A DNA stretch of 57,457 nucleotides from Enterococcus phage vB_OCPT_SDS2, in the sequence record ON113172.1; one strand, written 5' to 3'. Shown in pieces: positions 1 through 9,101 of this stretch. A program made the position numbers and the translations under genes. The first letter of the stretch is position 1. Every line of letters starts with the position of its first letter. The notes under the pieces are model-generated. The model saw nothing but the letters and a program-made list of their open reading frames with translations. It was not told the origin of the DNA and did not search any database.

Positions 1-148
1 CTGTCTTTAAGAAACTAGATACTGCGTCTTTCGTTAAGACGTGAGGTTGGATAGCTTGTGCTAATTCTGGATTAGATTCAATAGCTCCAACGATAACCTC
101 TGGTGTCAAATCAACTTGTTGTCCTTGTCCTTGTTCTTCTGGATTCAT
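1..148 (-). CDS. N-terminal segment of the scaffolding-like protein gene. ATG at 146-148 (minus) with AAGGAG RBS. It reads through nt 1, which equals 57385, and continues at 57384 into the ORF annotated 56864..57358.
   Basis: Minus-strand reading frame is open from 148 to 1 and in frame with 57457 down to 56864. RBS GAAGGAG lies 8-10 nt upstream. No stop separates this from the MIDQSVSK... ORF. Confidence 0.55.
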   Translation of the reverse strand, partial: MNPEEQGQGQQVDLTPEVIVGAIESNPELAQAIQPHVLTKDAVSSFLKT

Positions 149-258
149 AATATAAGATTCTCCTTCTGCCCTCCACAGTTCAATTAAGCCCTGTGCGTGC
201 GTTTAGATTAGTTTGTGTAAAGTTCTTTTCCTCTTGAGCGCCCTTTAACATTACCGCT

Positions 259-1014
259 CTATAAGACGTATGGAATTAGGATGCAAACACAGTGTGGATG
301 TCTAGGTAGCAAAGGCATGGCGGCTAGGGTATATAGACCCTCATTACCAATACCTCCTTCAGCAAGCTCTCGGCAATCTGCGCAAGTACCGCTTTCAGTA
401 AGCTCTGGACGGATGCACCATTTCCATAATTCAATCTCATACTGTTTAGAAGCTTCGATAACAGCGAGGTTAATTACTGCCGACATTTGAGCCTCAATGT
501 GTCGACGTAGTGTGTAGGACAATCTATCTCGAAGCTTTTGGATAGTGGTTACGATGTCCTCTGTTGATGGAATAGTTCCAACAGCGATGGCCTCAATCTC
601 TACTAATAATTGCAAGAAGATTTCTTCAAAGTAGTCGTAAGCCTCTGCAATAACTTGTTCGATGTAGGCATTATCTGTCGCTGAAGGTATAGCCTTATTT
701 GGAAAAAGCTGTCCCAAAGTCTCTTCTAAGGTGTCTGACATGCTCTCTAAAAGCATCTCCCTGAACTCTTCTTGATAGTCTATCAATGCTGCTTGAAGCT
801 TTCTGATAGCCTCATACTGACTCACCTGAAGGATTGCAAAAGCATCCAACTTAGGGTCAGCTAGGTTTACTATAAGCTCATTAAAAAAGCCATCAAGAAG
901 GACAGTGAAGCGGTCAGTGAATCTATGGTACTTGTGGTTCTGAGCGGTCATGAGAGCAACTAAGGCGTCTTCAATTTCCTGTTGATGTTTCTCTTTATCC
1001 TTCTTGCGTGCCAT
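259..1014 (-). CDS. MuF/SPP1 gp7-like minor head morphogenesis protein
   Basis: 251-aa ORF immediately downstream of portal. C-terminal C-x2-C...HPHCVC motif is typical of the MuF-like family. GGAGG RBS. Confidence 0.55.
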   Translation of the reverse strand: MARKKDKEKHQQEIEDALVALMTAQNHKYHRFTDRFTVLLDGFFNELIVNLADPKLDAFAILQVSQYEAIRKLQAALIDYQEEFREMLLESMSDTLEETLGQLFPNKAIPSATDNAYIEQVIAEAYDYFEEIFLQLLVEIEAIAVGTIPSTEDIVTTIQKLRDRLSYTLRRHIEAQMSAVINLAVIEASKQYEIELWKWCIRPELTESGTCADCRELAEGGIGNEGLYTLAAMPLLPRHPHCVCILIPYVL

Positions 1015-1025
1015 TGTTATTCCTC

Positions 1026-2561
1026 CTAGTCAGTCTTAGGTTTCTTTTGGATAGCTTTCTCTTGTTCCTTCGCAGCCACTGGGTCAGTAGTTGTGATGGT
1101 AGATGTGTTAGCAGGGTTCTTATCTAACTTGTTAGCAGCTGCCGTTGAGGCTCCTTGTACAGCGCTAGTCTGTTTGAAGTTCTGCAAGGCGATGTCTGCT
1201 CGTTTCTGACGTTGTTCATCCGCTTTCTCTACTTCTAGTCGAGCGTCAGTAATCCATGGGAACTGATTAATGATAGTTTCGTCAGGAAGCATGTCACGAA
1301 GTTTAACGGCCATGTCAGCTAACTCTGCGTAAGATTGTGGTAAGTTACGTACAAAGACAGGTGTTACTTCATTTGGTTTCAAGTCTTTCTCTTTGCTCAT
1401 TAACTCAAGGTAGCTACAGATAAGTTCATAACGCTTAGCTAATACTTTGCGGAACTTAGATTCTTTAACAGCTGATTTATTCTCAAGCGGTTGCGTAGCT
1501 GCTTTCAAAGCTTGTCCTGAAGCTGCGGTAAAGTCTTTAGAAACCAAGTCAGGTGTTTGTGATAGGCTGAAGATGTCTAGCTTAGCACGGTTCTTAATGT
1601 TTTCGATATGCTTGTCGTTAACATCTTTCGTAATGAACTTGACATTACCAGTATCGTCTGTTACAATTACTCTGTCATTCTTCATGTTGCTAATTGAATC
1701 GCTGTCTGCACTAAGGTCAAATCCTTGTAGCCACAAGTAAGCGTCATTCCAATAAGCAATATCATTAACGCTGTCAGAAACAGCTAGGTTGTAAGCGTCG
1801 ATTAAAGATAGTTGAGCTTCAAAGTCACCTAAGCGTTCTTCATTAGCAATGATTTCTAATACAGGGAACTTTTTAAGCAGGTTAGGATGTTCTTCGTAAC
1901 CTTTAATGTCTAACACTTCTGGAATCTCTTTGTAGACGTCTCTCTCGTCGTCGGTAGAGAATTTAAGAATCTTATCCTCAGTGTAAATCTCATAAGTTCT
2001 AATTACGTGTCCTGTAATATCACTGATAACAGTATTGTAGTAGATGGCTGCTAATGGCTCTTCGTCAAGGTCTGCTGAGTAAGCAATTAAACAGTTCATT
2101 GGAGAAACGGCTTTGAAGCGATGCTTGTTGTTACGGTCAATCCAATGGATTTCGAAACAGTGACCGAAGATTCCTGAGAGCTTAATCTCCTCTGAGTTAA
2201 CGTCTGTTACATAGTTCTCTTTCATAACTGGTTGCATGGCTTTGATAGTTTTCTCATCGCCTGATTCCGTAATTGGTTCACCAGCTAAGTAAGCTGTGGA
2301 AGTGTCTACCAATAGTTTAGGGAAGTTATGAACGATTTTAGAGTTTGGTTTGTTAGCGTCGTCGAAAGTACGTGATTGGATAGCAATGTGATTGCCTTTG
2401 TAGTAGTCGTACAATATTCCATAGGCGCTTGAAGAACGAGAGTGCATTTCGGCAAGGGTTACTAATTCTCGAATATCATAGTTGCGTCTAATGAAATGTT
2501 TACGTCGGATGTTAGTAGTGATTATATCACCAGCGTTAATTTGTCCGTTTGGGATTGCCAT
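1026..2561 (-). CDS. portal protein
   Basis: 511 aa, located between terminase and the head morphogenesis gene. SPP1-type portal size and acidic C-terminus. AAGGAGG RBS. Confidence 0.8.
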   Translation of the reverse strand: MAIPNGQINAGDIITTNIRRKHFIRRNYDIRELVTLAEMHSRSSSAYGILYDYYKGNHIAIQSRTFDDANKPNSKIVHNFPKLLVDTSTAYLAGEPITESGDEKTIKAMQPVMKENYVTDVNSEEIKLSGIFGHCFEIHWIDRNNKHRFKAVSPMNCLIAYSADLDEEPLAAIYYNTVISDITGHVIRTYEIYTEDKILKFSTDDERDVYKEIPEVLDIKGYEEHPNLLKKFPVLEIIANEERLGDFEAQLSLIDAYNLAVSDSVNDIAYWNDAYLWLQGFDLSADSDSISNMKNDRVIVTDDTGNVKFITKDVNDKHIENIKNRAKLDIFSLSQTPDLVSKDFTAASGQALKAATQPLENKSAVKESKFRKVLAKRYELICSYLELMSKEKDLKPNEVTPVFVRNLPQSYAELADMAVKLRDMLPDETIINQFPWITDARLEVEKADEQRQKRADIALQNFKQTSAVQGASTAAANKLDKNPANTSTITTTDPVAAKEQEKAIQKKPKTD

Positions 2562-2619
2562 ATAGAATCCTCCTTATATTTTTCGCTGATACTTGTACCC
2601 AAGACAGATACTAGACGTC

Positions 2620-3891
2620 TTATAAGCCTAGTACCGACTTGTTGATGGTTCTTATTCTGTTACGTGGAATGAGGTCGTTGACAGCATATCGTAAGGCATC
2701 CATACAGTGGTCAAAGCCATTTTGCTTAGGCTTGTTCTCGTAGTCGTCAGAGCCTTTAGCAGGTTTCCATTCGTAGTTCTCAAGCTCTTTAATCGTGTGA
2801 ACACAGCGGGGATGAACGTAGATTGTATAGCCTTGTAGATACTGGATTCCATGAAGGACTGTGTTACGGCCTTTCTTAACAGGCTTAATCTTGCGTGCCC
2901 CTAAGCGTTTAATCTGCTCGATGGTTTCAAGGTTAGCAGAGTCAGCATAGATAAGCTGGTTGGTAAGCTTCTTATGCTTAATCACATCGAATATCTCAGG
3001 AGCTATCATACCAGTTTTAACAAACTCGTCGAATATATAAATTACACGGTCTGCTTCAGATACCAGTGTAGAAAGGATTACGGTAGGGTCGTTAGTGAAC
3101 CCGAAGTCAAGTCCGAAGCGAGCTTCGTATCCCATGTCCAATAGCTTCTTAGGGTTAAAGGTGGAGTCTATTCTCCAGTTGGTATAGATACGTTTACCTA
3201 ATGAAGCAAACTTACCAAGAGCGTAGATTTCATAATAGACTGGATTAGTGTTCTTCAAGTCTTGTAAATGGTCTAGGTAAGCTTTAGGAAGGAATCTATT
3301 ATCCTTGTATGTCGTACAGATTACCTTAGAGCCTTTAGGACGCTTAGTGGCAGGGTTGTGGAAGTATTGATATACCCAGTTGTCTTTAGAGGCAGGGTTA
3401 TACATTACAAACACTTGTTGATGTCGTGCTGTAGGATGCCGTAAACGTGTTTGAAGTTGGTCGTAATCCTCTCGAGTAAACTCTGTTGCTTCCTCCATAA
3501 TGATGTCTGTAAGACCTTGGATAGACTTGATTCGCTCAGGGTCTTCTAAACCTTTGAAGATGTATTCAGTTTTGTTAGGCAGCTTGATTGTCATGTATGA
3601 AGCTTTTACCTCGCAGAAGTCTAGCAGATTCCATTCCTCTAAGCAGACTAGAAACTCTTGGAAGATGGAGTCACGAATAGTGTTGTCAACCTTCCGAAGA
3701 ACAAGGAACTTACGTCTTTCTGATAGGCCTTTTAGAATAGCGTTTTGTACAACAAACTTAGACTTACCTGACCCAGCTCCTCCGTAAAATACCATTGTTC
3801 TATGTTGTCCTTCAGGCTGGTTGTACATGTATGGTAAATAGGCTTCGTTAAATGTTCTTTTGGTTATGGTTAATTTTATTGGTTCAGCCAT
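2620..3891 (-). CDS. terL: terminase large subunit
   Basis: 423 aa. N-terminal Walker A GGAGSGKS. C-terminal RNaseH-like nuclease with D..D motifs. GGAGG RBS. Confidence 0.85.
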   Translation of the reverse strand: MAEPIKLTITKRTFNEAYLPYMYNQPEGQHRTMVFYGGAGSGKSKFVVQNAILKGLSERRKFLVLRKVDNTIRDSIFQEFLVCLEEWNLLDFCEVKASYMTIKLPNKTEYIFKGLEDPERIKSIQGLTDIIMEEATEFTREDYDQLQTRLRHPTARHQQVFVMYNPASKDNWVYQYFHNPATKRPKGSKVICTTYKDNRFLPKAYLDHLQDLKNTNPVYYEIYALGKFASLGKRIYTNWRIDSTFNPKKLLDMGYEARFGLDFGFTNDPTVILSTLVSEADRVIYIFDEFVKTGMIAPEIFDVIKHKKLTNQLIYADSANLETIEQIKRLGARKIKPVKKGRNTVLHGIQYLQGYTIYVHPRCVHTIKELENYEWKPAKGSDDYENKPKQNGFDHCMDALRYAVNDLIPRNRIRTINKSVLGL

Positions 3892-3953
3892 TGTGTGTCC
3901 TCCTTAAAATTATGTAAAGGCCTCAAGGAAACTCCCTCAAGGCCGTGTGAAGG

Positions 3954-4202
3954 TTATTCTGCTGGAGTCTTTGTCAACTCGTAGAATCCCATTGCGGAAA
4001 GCCCTGCTACAAGTCCGCTAATAGCGCCTACATATAATGTGATTCCAAGAAGTGGTGACATAGCTAACCCAAACACCATTCCGATAGCTAGAGAAACTAG
4101 TGGTAAGTATTTAGGAGAGACTACATCCATAGACTTAACTAAGTTAACTAAGCCTGTGGTAACGCCACCTAAAACAACTGCGATAGAAATTACTACGTCC
4201 AT
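3954..4202 (-). CDS. holin-like small membrane protein (2-3 TM). Likely start is MDVVIS with GGAGG RBS; the ORF-track Met at 4220 overlaps the RBS.
   Basis: 82 aa, very hydrophobic with a charged C-terminus. Follows a coiled-coil plus TM partner. Confidence 0.45.
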   Translation of the reverse strand: MDVVISIAVVLGGVTTGLVNLVKSMDVVSPKYLPLVSLAIGMVFGLAMSPLLGITLYVGAISGLVAGLSAMGFYELTKTPAE

Positions 4203-4220
4203 TAATGCACCTCCTTTCAA

Positions 4221-4598
4221 TTAGCTCATGATTAGCTTAACAATGGTCACTAAAGCTGACCCTACTCCTGTGACAAGAGCAGTGGCCACAGCCCACATCT
4301 GCTTTTGACTAAACTCTTTATTCTTGCGGTCTGAAGCTTCGTCAGCAAGGTAGCTTTCCGTTTGTCTACGGCGCTCCTCAGTAAGCAGTTTAAGCATTTC
4401 GTCAGACTGGCCTTTGATGTGGCCGATTAGAACGTCCGAACGCTCAGTGTTTTTGATAAGCAAGTCACGAACGCTTGAAATGTCTGTTGTCATTCTGTTT
4501 AAGTCTGACTGAATAGAAGCAATCTGGTTGGCATGAGTGTTAACGTCTTTAATAAGGTCGTTGACGATAACCTCTAAGTTACTCTCTTCAAATGGCAT
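4221..4598 (-). CDS. XhlA-like lysis-associated protein (N-terminal coiled coil, single C-terminal TM)
   Basis: 125 aa. Charged helical N-terminus and a C-terminal TM (MWAVATALVTGVGSALVTIVKLI). Adjacent to the holin-like ORF. Strong AAGGAAGGAG RBS. Confidence 0.35.
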   Translation of the reverse strand: MPFEESNLEVIVNDLIKDVNTHANQIASIQSDLNRMTTDISSVRDLLIKNTERSDVLIGHIKGQSDEMLKLLTEERRRQTESYLADEASDRKNKEFSQKQMWAVATALVTGVGSALVTIVKLIMS

Positions 4599-4612
4599 TG
4601 GTATCTCCTTCC

Positions 4613-5209
4613 TTAAAATCCAGAAAGGAAGTCATAACTTACGTCACTATCCTCTTCTTCAACTTCGGTAAAGTCTCCTTCTACAAACTCTTCTTCCTCA
4701 ACCTCTTCAGCTTCATTTGGAACGTCGTCAGCAATGTCTACCACGATATTAAGAGACTGTTCTACCTTGACATCAGGGGCTAATAAGTCATGGAATTTAG
4801 CCAAGCTATTTAGTGCGCTTAATTGAACGCTTGTATCAATAGGTTTCTCTACGACATCTCCTTTTACAGTAACCGTGTAATCAGAGCTGTTTCGTAAAGC
4901 GATATTAGTAAGCTCTTCCAATACCTGTGTTGGACTCATAATAGCTGCGTCAGCATTCTCTGAAACAAGCCATTGTAAATAAGCCTTCACATCCTCACGT
5001 TTTAACACACGATAACCTGAGCTTTCATTATAGCCTACGGAACGGCAGCTTTCAGCGATATTCATAGTTTGCATATAATGTCTCGCAAAGCGTTTCATTT
5101 TAGGTTTTAATGTAGTTAAGTCAACTCCCTCGTATTCGTCTGGCTCCTTAGAAGTAGTTAAATACTTGCGTTGACGTTCTTCCAACTCTCTGTTTCCAAT
5201 TCTTACCAT
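4613..5209 (-). CDS. terS: terminase small subunit. Start taken at MVRIGN with AAAGGAGG RBS.
   Basis: HTH-like N-terminus (FARHYMQTMNIAESCRSVGY..) directly upstream of terL. Acidic C-terminal tail. Confidence 0.6.
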   Translation of the reverse strand: MVRIGNRELEERQRKYLTTSKEPDEYEGVDLTTLKPKMKRFARHYMQTMNIAESCRSVGYNESSGYRVLKREDVKAYLQWLVSENADAAIMSPTQVLEELTNIALRNSSDYTVTVKGDVVEKPIDTSVQLSALNSLAKFHDLLAPDVKVEQSLNIVVDIADDVPNEAEEVEEEEFVEGDFTEVEEEDSDVSYDFLSGF

Positions 5210-5319
5210 AAGTGCTTCCTCCTTTCTGGAGTATTTATTCAAGCTCGTTTAAGAGCCTCTTAGATTAGACCTTATCTAGCTATTTTTGTCACATTTTTTA
5301 ATTTATTGTGAAAAAGTGC

Positions 5320-5348
5320 TTGACATTTTAAGGCAACCATGTTATAGT
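5320..5348 (+). promoter_or_regulatory. sigma-A type promoter TTGACA-N17-TATAGT for the plus-strand module
   Basis: Hexamers and spacing read directly. Followed by a roughly 130-nt leader with an 8-bp perfect hairpin (AAGCTCTC/GAGAGCTT, about 5397-5416). Confidence 0.6.
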
Positions 5349-5489
5349 TATTTATGTAAAAGACAAACAGGCGCTAAAGCACACCTTAAAAGCCACATGA
5401 AGCTCTCTGAGAGCTTTTGAGTAGCTTCTAGGGTAATTATCCCTGAACACATTAGAACGCCTTACACAGGCATTTAAGGAGGAATAAAG

Positions 5490-5801
5490 ATGAGAGCAAT
5501 TAAGATGTACTCCATCAAGAGTTATCAGCAGTATTTAGAGAAGCTTGGGACAGTACGAAAAGCGGCCGCAGACTTCGAGCTTAATAATAGCTTTTCAAAG
5601 AAGGCTCATGAATTAATCGCTAACCAGTATGCAGAAGATATTGAGAAGCTTTCCCAAAAGGTTCAAGAGTACCACGAGCTTATTGAGAATATCGTTTCTG
5701 ACGAAGCAGAAGAAGACGAAAAGCAGCTTATGGAATACTTAGGAACCATTAGAAAGCAGCAGAAGATTACTGAAGAGTTAGAGTCTGGAGGTAAGGAATA
5801 A
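5490..5801 (+). CDS. hypothetical protein
   Basis: GGAGG RBS. 103-aa helical protein. Confidence 0.55.
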   Translation: MRAIKMYSIKSYQQYLEKLGTVRKAAADFELNNSFSKKAHELIANQYAEDIEKLSQKVQEYHELIENIVSDEAEEDEKQLMEYLGTIRKQQKITEELESGGKE

Positions 5802-6076
5802 TGGAAGGTATTGAATTGGATTATTACCACGACTTTATTGTAAGCAACTACTTAGGTAATGATAGAGAGTCTATCGAAAACTCATTGGAGGAATTGTTTG
5901 ATATTCTTGACAGCAAGATTGAAGACATTACTGAATCTGAGTTAGAGGCTGCTGTAGATGGAGTTAATGAATCTATTGAGAACCTTACTAATTCTTTAAG
6001 TGAGCTTTCTGATGTCTTTACCAATGCTAAGCGATACTTGGCTAAGGAAGATAAGAAGTGGGAGGAGAATGTCTAA
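5801..6076 (+). CDS. hypothetical acidic protein
   Basis: ATG overlaps the upstream stop (TAATG). 91 aa, rich in D/E. Confidence 0.5.
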   Translation: MEGIELDYYHDFIVSNYLGNDRESIENSLEELFDILDSKIEDITESELEAAVDGVNESIENLTNSLSELSDVFTNAKRYLAKEDKKWEENV

Positions 6077-6462
6077 TGATGATTGCGAGTATTGATAGAG
6101 GAGCATATACTCCAGTGAATGTGAGCATAGGTAATAAGCTTGTGTCATTAGAAAGTTATGCCAATATTATTACATTCAGTAAATCAGAAACAGAAGAACT
6201 CATCCAAGTTCTGCAACAAGCTCTTAAAAAGCTCCCAGAAGAACCTAAATACGTTGTAGTATTTCCCCAGAAATCAGGGGAATTGTTTTGGAAGTATTTC
6301 TATTTAGCCGATACTGGAGCTATTTACAATAGTAATAAACCTCAAGAAGTCTTGGGAGATGGTGCTATGACACTAGGTGAAATTAGAGCTTTTAGTGAGT
6401 ATTACGAACCATTTGCAGTTCCTGTTGAAGAGTTTAAACAAAACGAGATTGGAGAGTTTTAG
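6076..6462 (+). CDS. hypothetical protein (start MMIASIDRG)
   Basis: GGAGGA RBS, then a TAATG overlap with the previous gene. Confidence 0.5.
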   Translation: MMIASIDRGAYTPVNVSIGNKLVSLESYANIITFSKSETEELIQVLQQALKKLPEEPKYVVVFPQKSGELFWKYFYLADTGAIYNSNKPQEVLGDGAMTLGEIRAFSEYYEPFAVPVEEFKQNEIGEF

Positions 6463-6463
6463 T

Positions 6464-6859
6464 ATGAGTAACCTACCTTTTGAGAAAGAATTAAAAGAGG
6501 CTTGTGCAAAGCCTACATTGACACAACGTGAAACAGCTTTAATTGAGCTTGTAGGAAAGCTTCAAGACGCCTTAGTGGATTCCAATTATGATAAACTTTT
6601 GTATGAACAGTGGTATGAAGAGGCTACTGAAGAAGTTAGAGGACTTGACGCTGACTTTGAGGAAGCTTCTTCGGAAATTGACATCCTTGAAAAAGAGATT
6701 CAAGACTTAGAAGAACAGGTATATGACTTAGAGAACGAGCTTGAGAGCTCTGAAGAAACTGTGGCAGAGCTTACAGAAGAAGTTGACACGCTTTCAGAAC
6801 GTGTAGAAGAGCTTGAGGAAACCGTTAACGAGCTTAACAGCGCTTTAGAAATATTATAA
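6464..6859 (+). CDS. acidic coiled-coil protein (start MSNLPFEK)
   Basis: GGAGAG RBS. Heptad repeats (EELEETVNELNSALE). Confidence 0.5.
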   Translation: MSNLPFEKELKEACAKPTLTQRETALIELVGKLQDALVDSNYDKLLYEQWYEEATEEVRGLDADFEEASSEIDILEKEIQDLEEQVYDLENELESSEETVAELTEEVDTLSERVEELEETVNELNSALEIL

Positions 6860-6884
6860 ACAGATACTATTGGAGGAATTTTAA

Positions 6885-7145
6885 ATGAACCGTATTAAAG
6901 TATATACTAAAGACATGTGCCAAGCCTGTAAGATGGCTAAGAGAGTGCTTACAGAAGGCGGAGTAAGCTTTGACGAAGTGTTTGTGGACGTCCGCAATGA
7001 TACAGAGACTGTGGAGATGCTTAGATTAGCGGGTTTCCGAAGCTTTCCAGTAGTGATTTTGGACGAAGACTTCGACACAGCTATTAGTGGATTCCACCCA
7101 CCTCGTTTGAAGGCCTTTATTGAAACTGTTAAGGAGGAAGCTTAA
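6885..7145 (+). CDS. NrdH/glutaredoxin-like redoxin
   Basis: 86 aa. Has a CQAC active-site motif in a thioredoxin-fold context (VYTKDMCQACKMAK...). Confidence 0.55.
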   Translation: MNRIKVYTKDMCQACKMAKRVLTEGGVSFDEVFVDVRNDTETVEMLRLAGFRSFPVVILDEDFDTAISGFHPPRLKAFIETVKEEA

Positions 7146-7516
7146 TGAAACTAATCGATGGAGAAGCTTTATTAACCACTATGAAAAACAAATTGGAATA
7201 CCCAGAAGATGATTACGATGAGGGTTATCAGGACGCTGTAGAAACTTGTATGGACGAAATTAAAGCAGCTTTATCGGTAGCTAAGGAAGAGGCTGCACCA
7301 GAGCCTATTAAATTAGCTATTGATGGAAACATTGTAGCAGAATCCTTTACAGGAAGCTCTGTAACGCCTATTAACACCTTGCCTCATAATTATACCAAAG
7401 ACGTTTTAGAAGCTCTCCTAGAGGCTTCTGAGGACTTCTATGATGCCTCTGAGATTCAAGCCTTGTTAAAAGGAGCTATCCAAGCTATTCCAAAAGGTAA
7501 AGGAGTGATTTTATGA
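7145..7516 (+). CDS. hypothetical protein, MKLID-family paralog
   Basis: N-terminus MKLIDGEALL is shared with 7513..7818 and 15498..15821. Confidence 0.5.
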   Translation: MKLIDGEALLTTMKNKLEYPEDDYDEGYQDAVETCMDEIKAALSVAKEEAAPEPIKLAIDGNIVAESFTGSSVTPINTLPHNYTKDVLEALLEASEDFYDASEIQALLKGAIQAIPKGKGVIL

Positions 7517-7818
7517 AGCTTATTGATGCCGAAGTAGTGTTAAATCACATTGAAAAGACCAAAGAGGAATTAAATACAACCAGCAACGCTGATAATTCAG
7601 CATTCGGAAAAGGTTGGGATGAAGGTTTCCTTGACGGAATCTCCTCTATCAGAGACCTTGTAAAAGACATTATCATAGAGGATGAAATTCCTTTGGCTAA
7701 CCACTCAGACATGATTCCAAAAAGTGAGTTCTTACGCCTTTTAGAAGCTATCCAAAAGCGTACTGAAGGCTGGGACGAATGGCACTTCGTTGCTGGAATT
7801 ATGGAAGCCTATAAATAA
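7513..7818 (+). CDS. hypothetical protein, MKLID-family paralog
   Basis: N-terminus MKLIDAEVVL. Confidence 0.5.
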   Translation: MKLIDAEVVLNHIEKTKEELNTTSNADNSAFGKGWDEGFLDGISSIRDLVKDIIIEDEIPLANHSDMIPKSEFLRLLEAIQKRTEGWDEWHFVAGIMEAYK

Positions 7819-7827
7819 AGCATAAAG

Positions 7828-7862
7828 AAGGCCTTCGGGAAGCTATCCTGAAGGCTTTTCTT
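7828..7862 (+). terminator. intrinsic terminator (9-bp stem with one mismatch, plus T-run)
   Basis: AAGGCCTTC..GAAGGCTTTTCTT directly after the 7818 stop. Confidence 0.5.
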
Positions 7863-8212
7863 ATTACATATTAAAACGAGCCTCTAGGAAGCTTACTAAA
7901 AGTCGCTGCTGGCACTTTGCATTAGGTGAGGCCATACGATTTAATAAGCTTTCTACAAACTCGTCCTTAAAGTAATTAACAACTGACTCCATCCCCGACC
8001 TGTAACCTAGACGTCTCAAAGCTTTAGGAAGGCTTAGGGGAACGTTTCAGGAAGCTTTTAGGAAAGGTCAAGTAATTACTAACTCGCTGGAGACCGCTCG
8101 TTAGTAGCTTCGCTAACTAACTCTTAACTAATACGACAGTATTTCCCACATGCTTTAAATTAGTCTCACTATTTGATGGAATATTTTATAACTGTAAAGT
8201 AAATTTAATGTT

Positions 8213-8234
8213 TGTAACACAAATGTAACATAAA
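8213..8234 (+). repeat. tandem 11-bp direct repeat TGTAACAcAAA / TGTAACAtAAA abutting the -35 of the 8240 promoter
   Basis: Read directly. Candidate operator or activator site. Confidence 0.5.
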
Positions 8235-8239
8235 GGATA

Positions 8240-8268
8240 TTGACAAGGCGCCTGAAAGGTGCTACAAT
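8240..8268 (+). promoter_or_regulatory. promoter TTGACA-N17-TACAAT
   Basis: Hexamers read directly. The annotated ATG at 8269 lies upstream of the expected TSS, so the CDS start was moved to GTG 8302. Confidence 0.55.
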
Positions 8269-8301
8269 ATGCTTATAGAAGAGGACTTAGGAGGGTTTTT
8301 A

Positions 8302-9027
8302 GTGAAGCTTATAAAAGAGGTTAAATCAGTAGACGTTGAGACAGGTTTAGAAACAGTTTACAGAAGCGCCTATGCTGCTTCTAAGGATTTAGGAAAGGAT
8401 TCAACAAGCGTTCGCAACGCCTGTGCTAAAAATAAGGTGTATGCAGGGCATGTGTGGAGTTATACTGGAAGAGAGTTTAAGAAGCATACTTCAATGCAAA
8501 GTAAAAAGCCTATCCAAAAGTATCTGGAAGGGGATTGGAAGCCTATTGAGGGATTTCCTAACTACTCAGTAAGCCGAAAAGGGGAAGTAGTAAATAACCG
8601 TACTGGAAGGATGCTGAAAGCTAGAATAAGCCACAATGGTTACAAGTCACTTTCACTAGGAGCTGGAAACAGTTTCAGAGTCCATCGACTAGTCCTGTCA
8701 ACATTCAGTCCAATAGACGGATGGGAAGAGCTTACAGTAAACCATATTGACGGAGATAAGCTAAACAACTGCTTAGATAACTTGGAGTGGCTCACTTTAG
8801 AGGATAATAAGAAGCACTACTACGACAACAATAAGCGTATATTAGTCTTTGACGATGCTACTGGAGAGGTTTTAGAAGAGGTTACACGAATGGAGAAAGC
8901 TTCCACTAAGTATGGGGTACCTAAAGGGGTTATCCAAGAGCTTTGTGACCTCTATCATGAGGGCATTTACGCTCATGAGAACGGTTATGGATTCTGCCGT
9001 ATGGAAGATTTTGGATTAGATGGTTAA
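8302..9027 (+). CDS. HNH homing endonuclease with NUMOD-type DNA-binding repeats (GTG start after GGAGGG RBS)
   Basis: NUMOD4-like WKPIEGFPNYSVSRKGEV. HNH core HRLV...NHIDGDKLNN. AGG(Y/H)xW(K/S)Y repeats at both ends. Confidence 0.7.
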   Translation: MKLIKEVKSVDVETGLETVYRSAYAASKDLGKDSTSVRNACAKNKVYAGHVWSYTGREFKKHTSMQSKKPIQKYLEGDWKPIEGFPNYSVSRKGEVVNNRTGRMLKARISHNGYKSLSLGAGNSFRVHRLVLSTFSPIDGWEELTVNHIDGDKLNNCLDNLEWLTLEDNKKHYYDNNKRILVFDDATGEVLEEVTRMEKASTKYGVPKGVIQELCDLYHEGIYAHENGYGFCRMEDFGLDG

Positions 9028-9044
9028 AAAGTGTTAGAAAAGGC

Positions 9045-9073
9045 TTGACAACATGCCTCTTTTATGCTATAAT
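9045..9073 (+). promoter_or_regulatory. promoter TTGACA-N17-TATAAT with TGc extended -10
   Basis: Read directly. Confidence 0.6.
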
Positions 9074-9101
9074 AATGGAGTATTAGGAAAGGAATGGTTA
9101 A

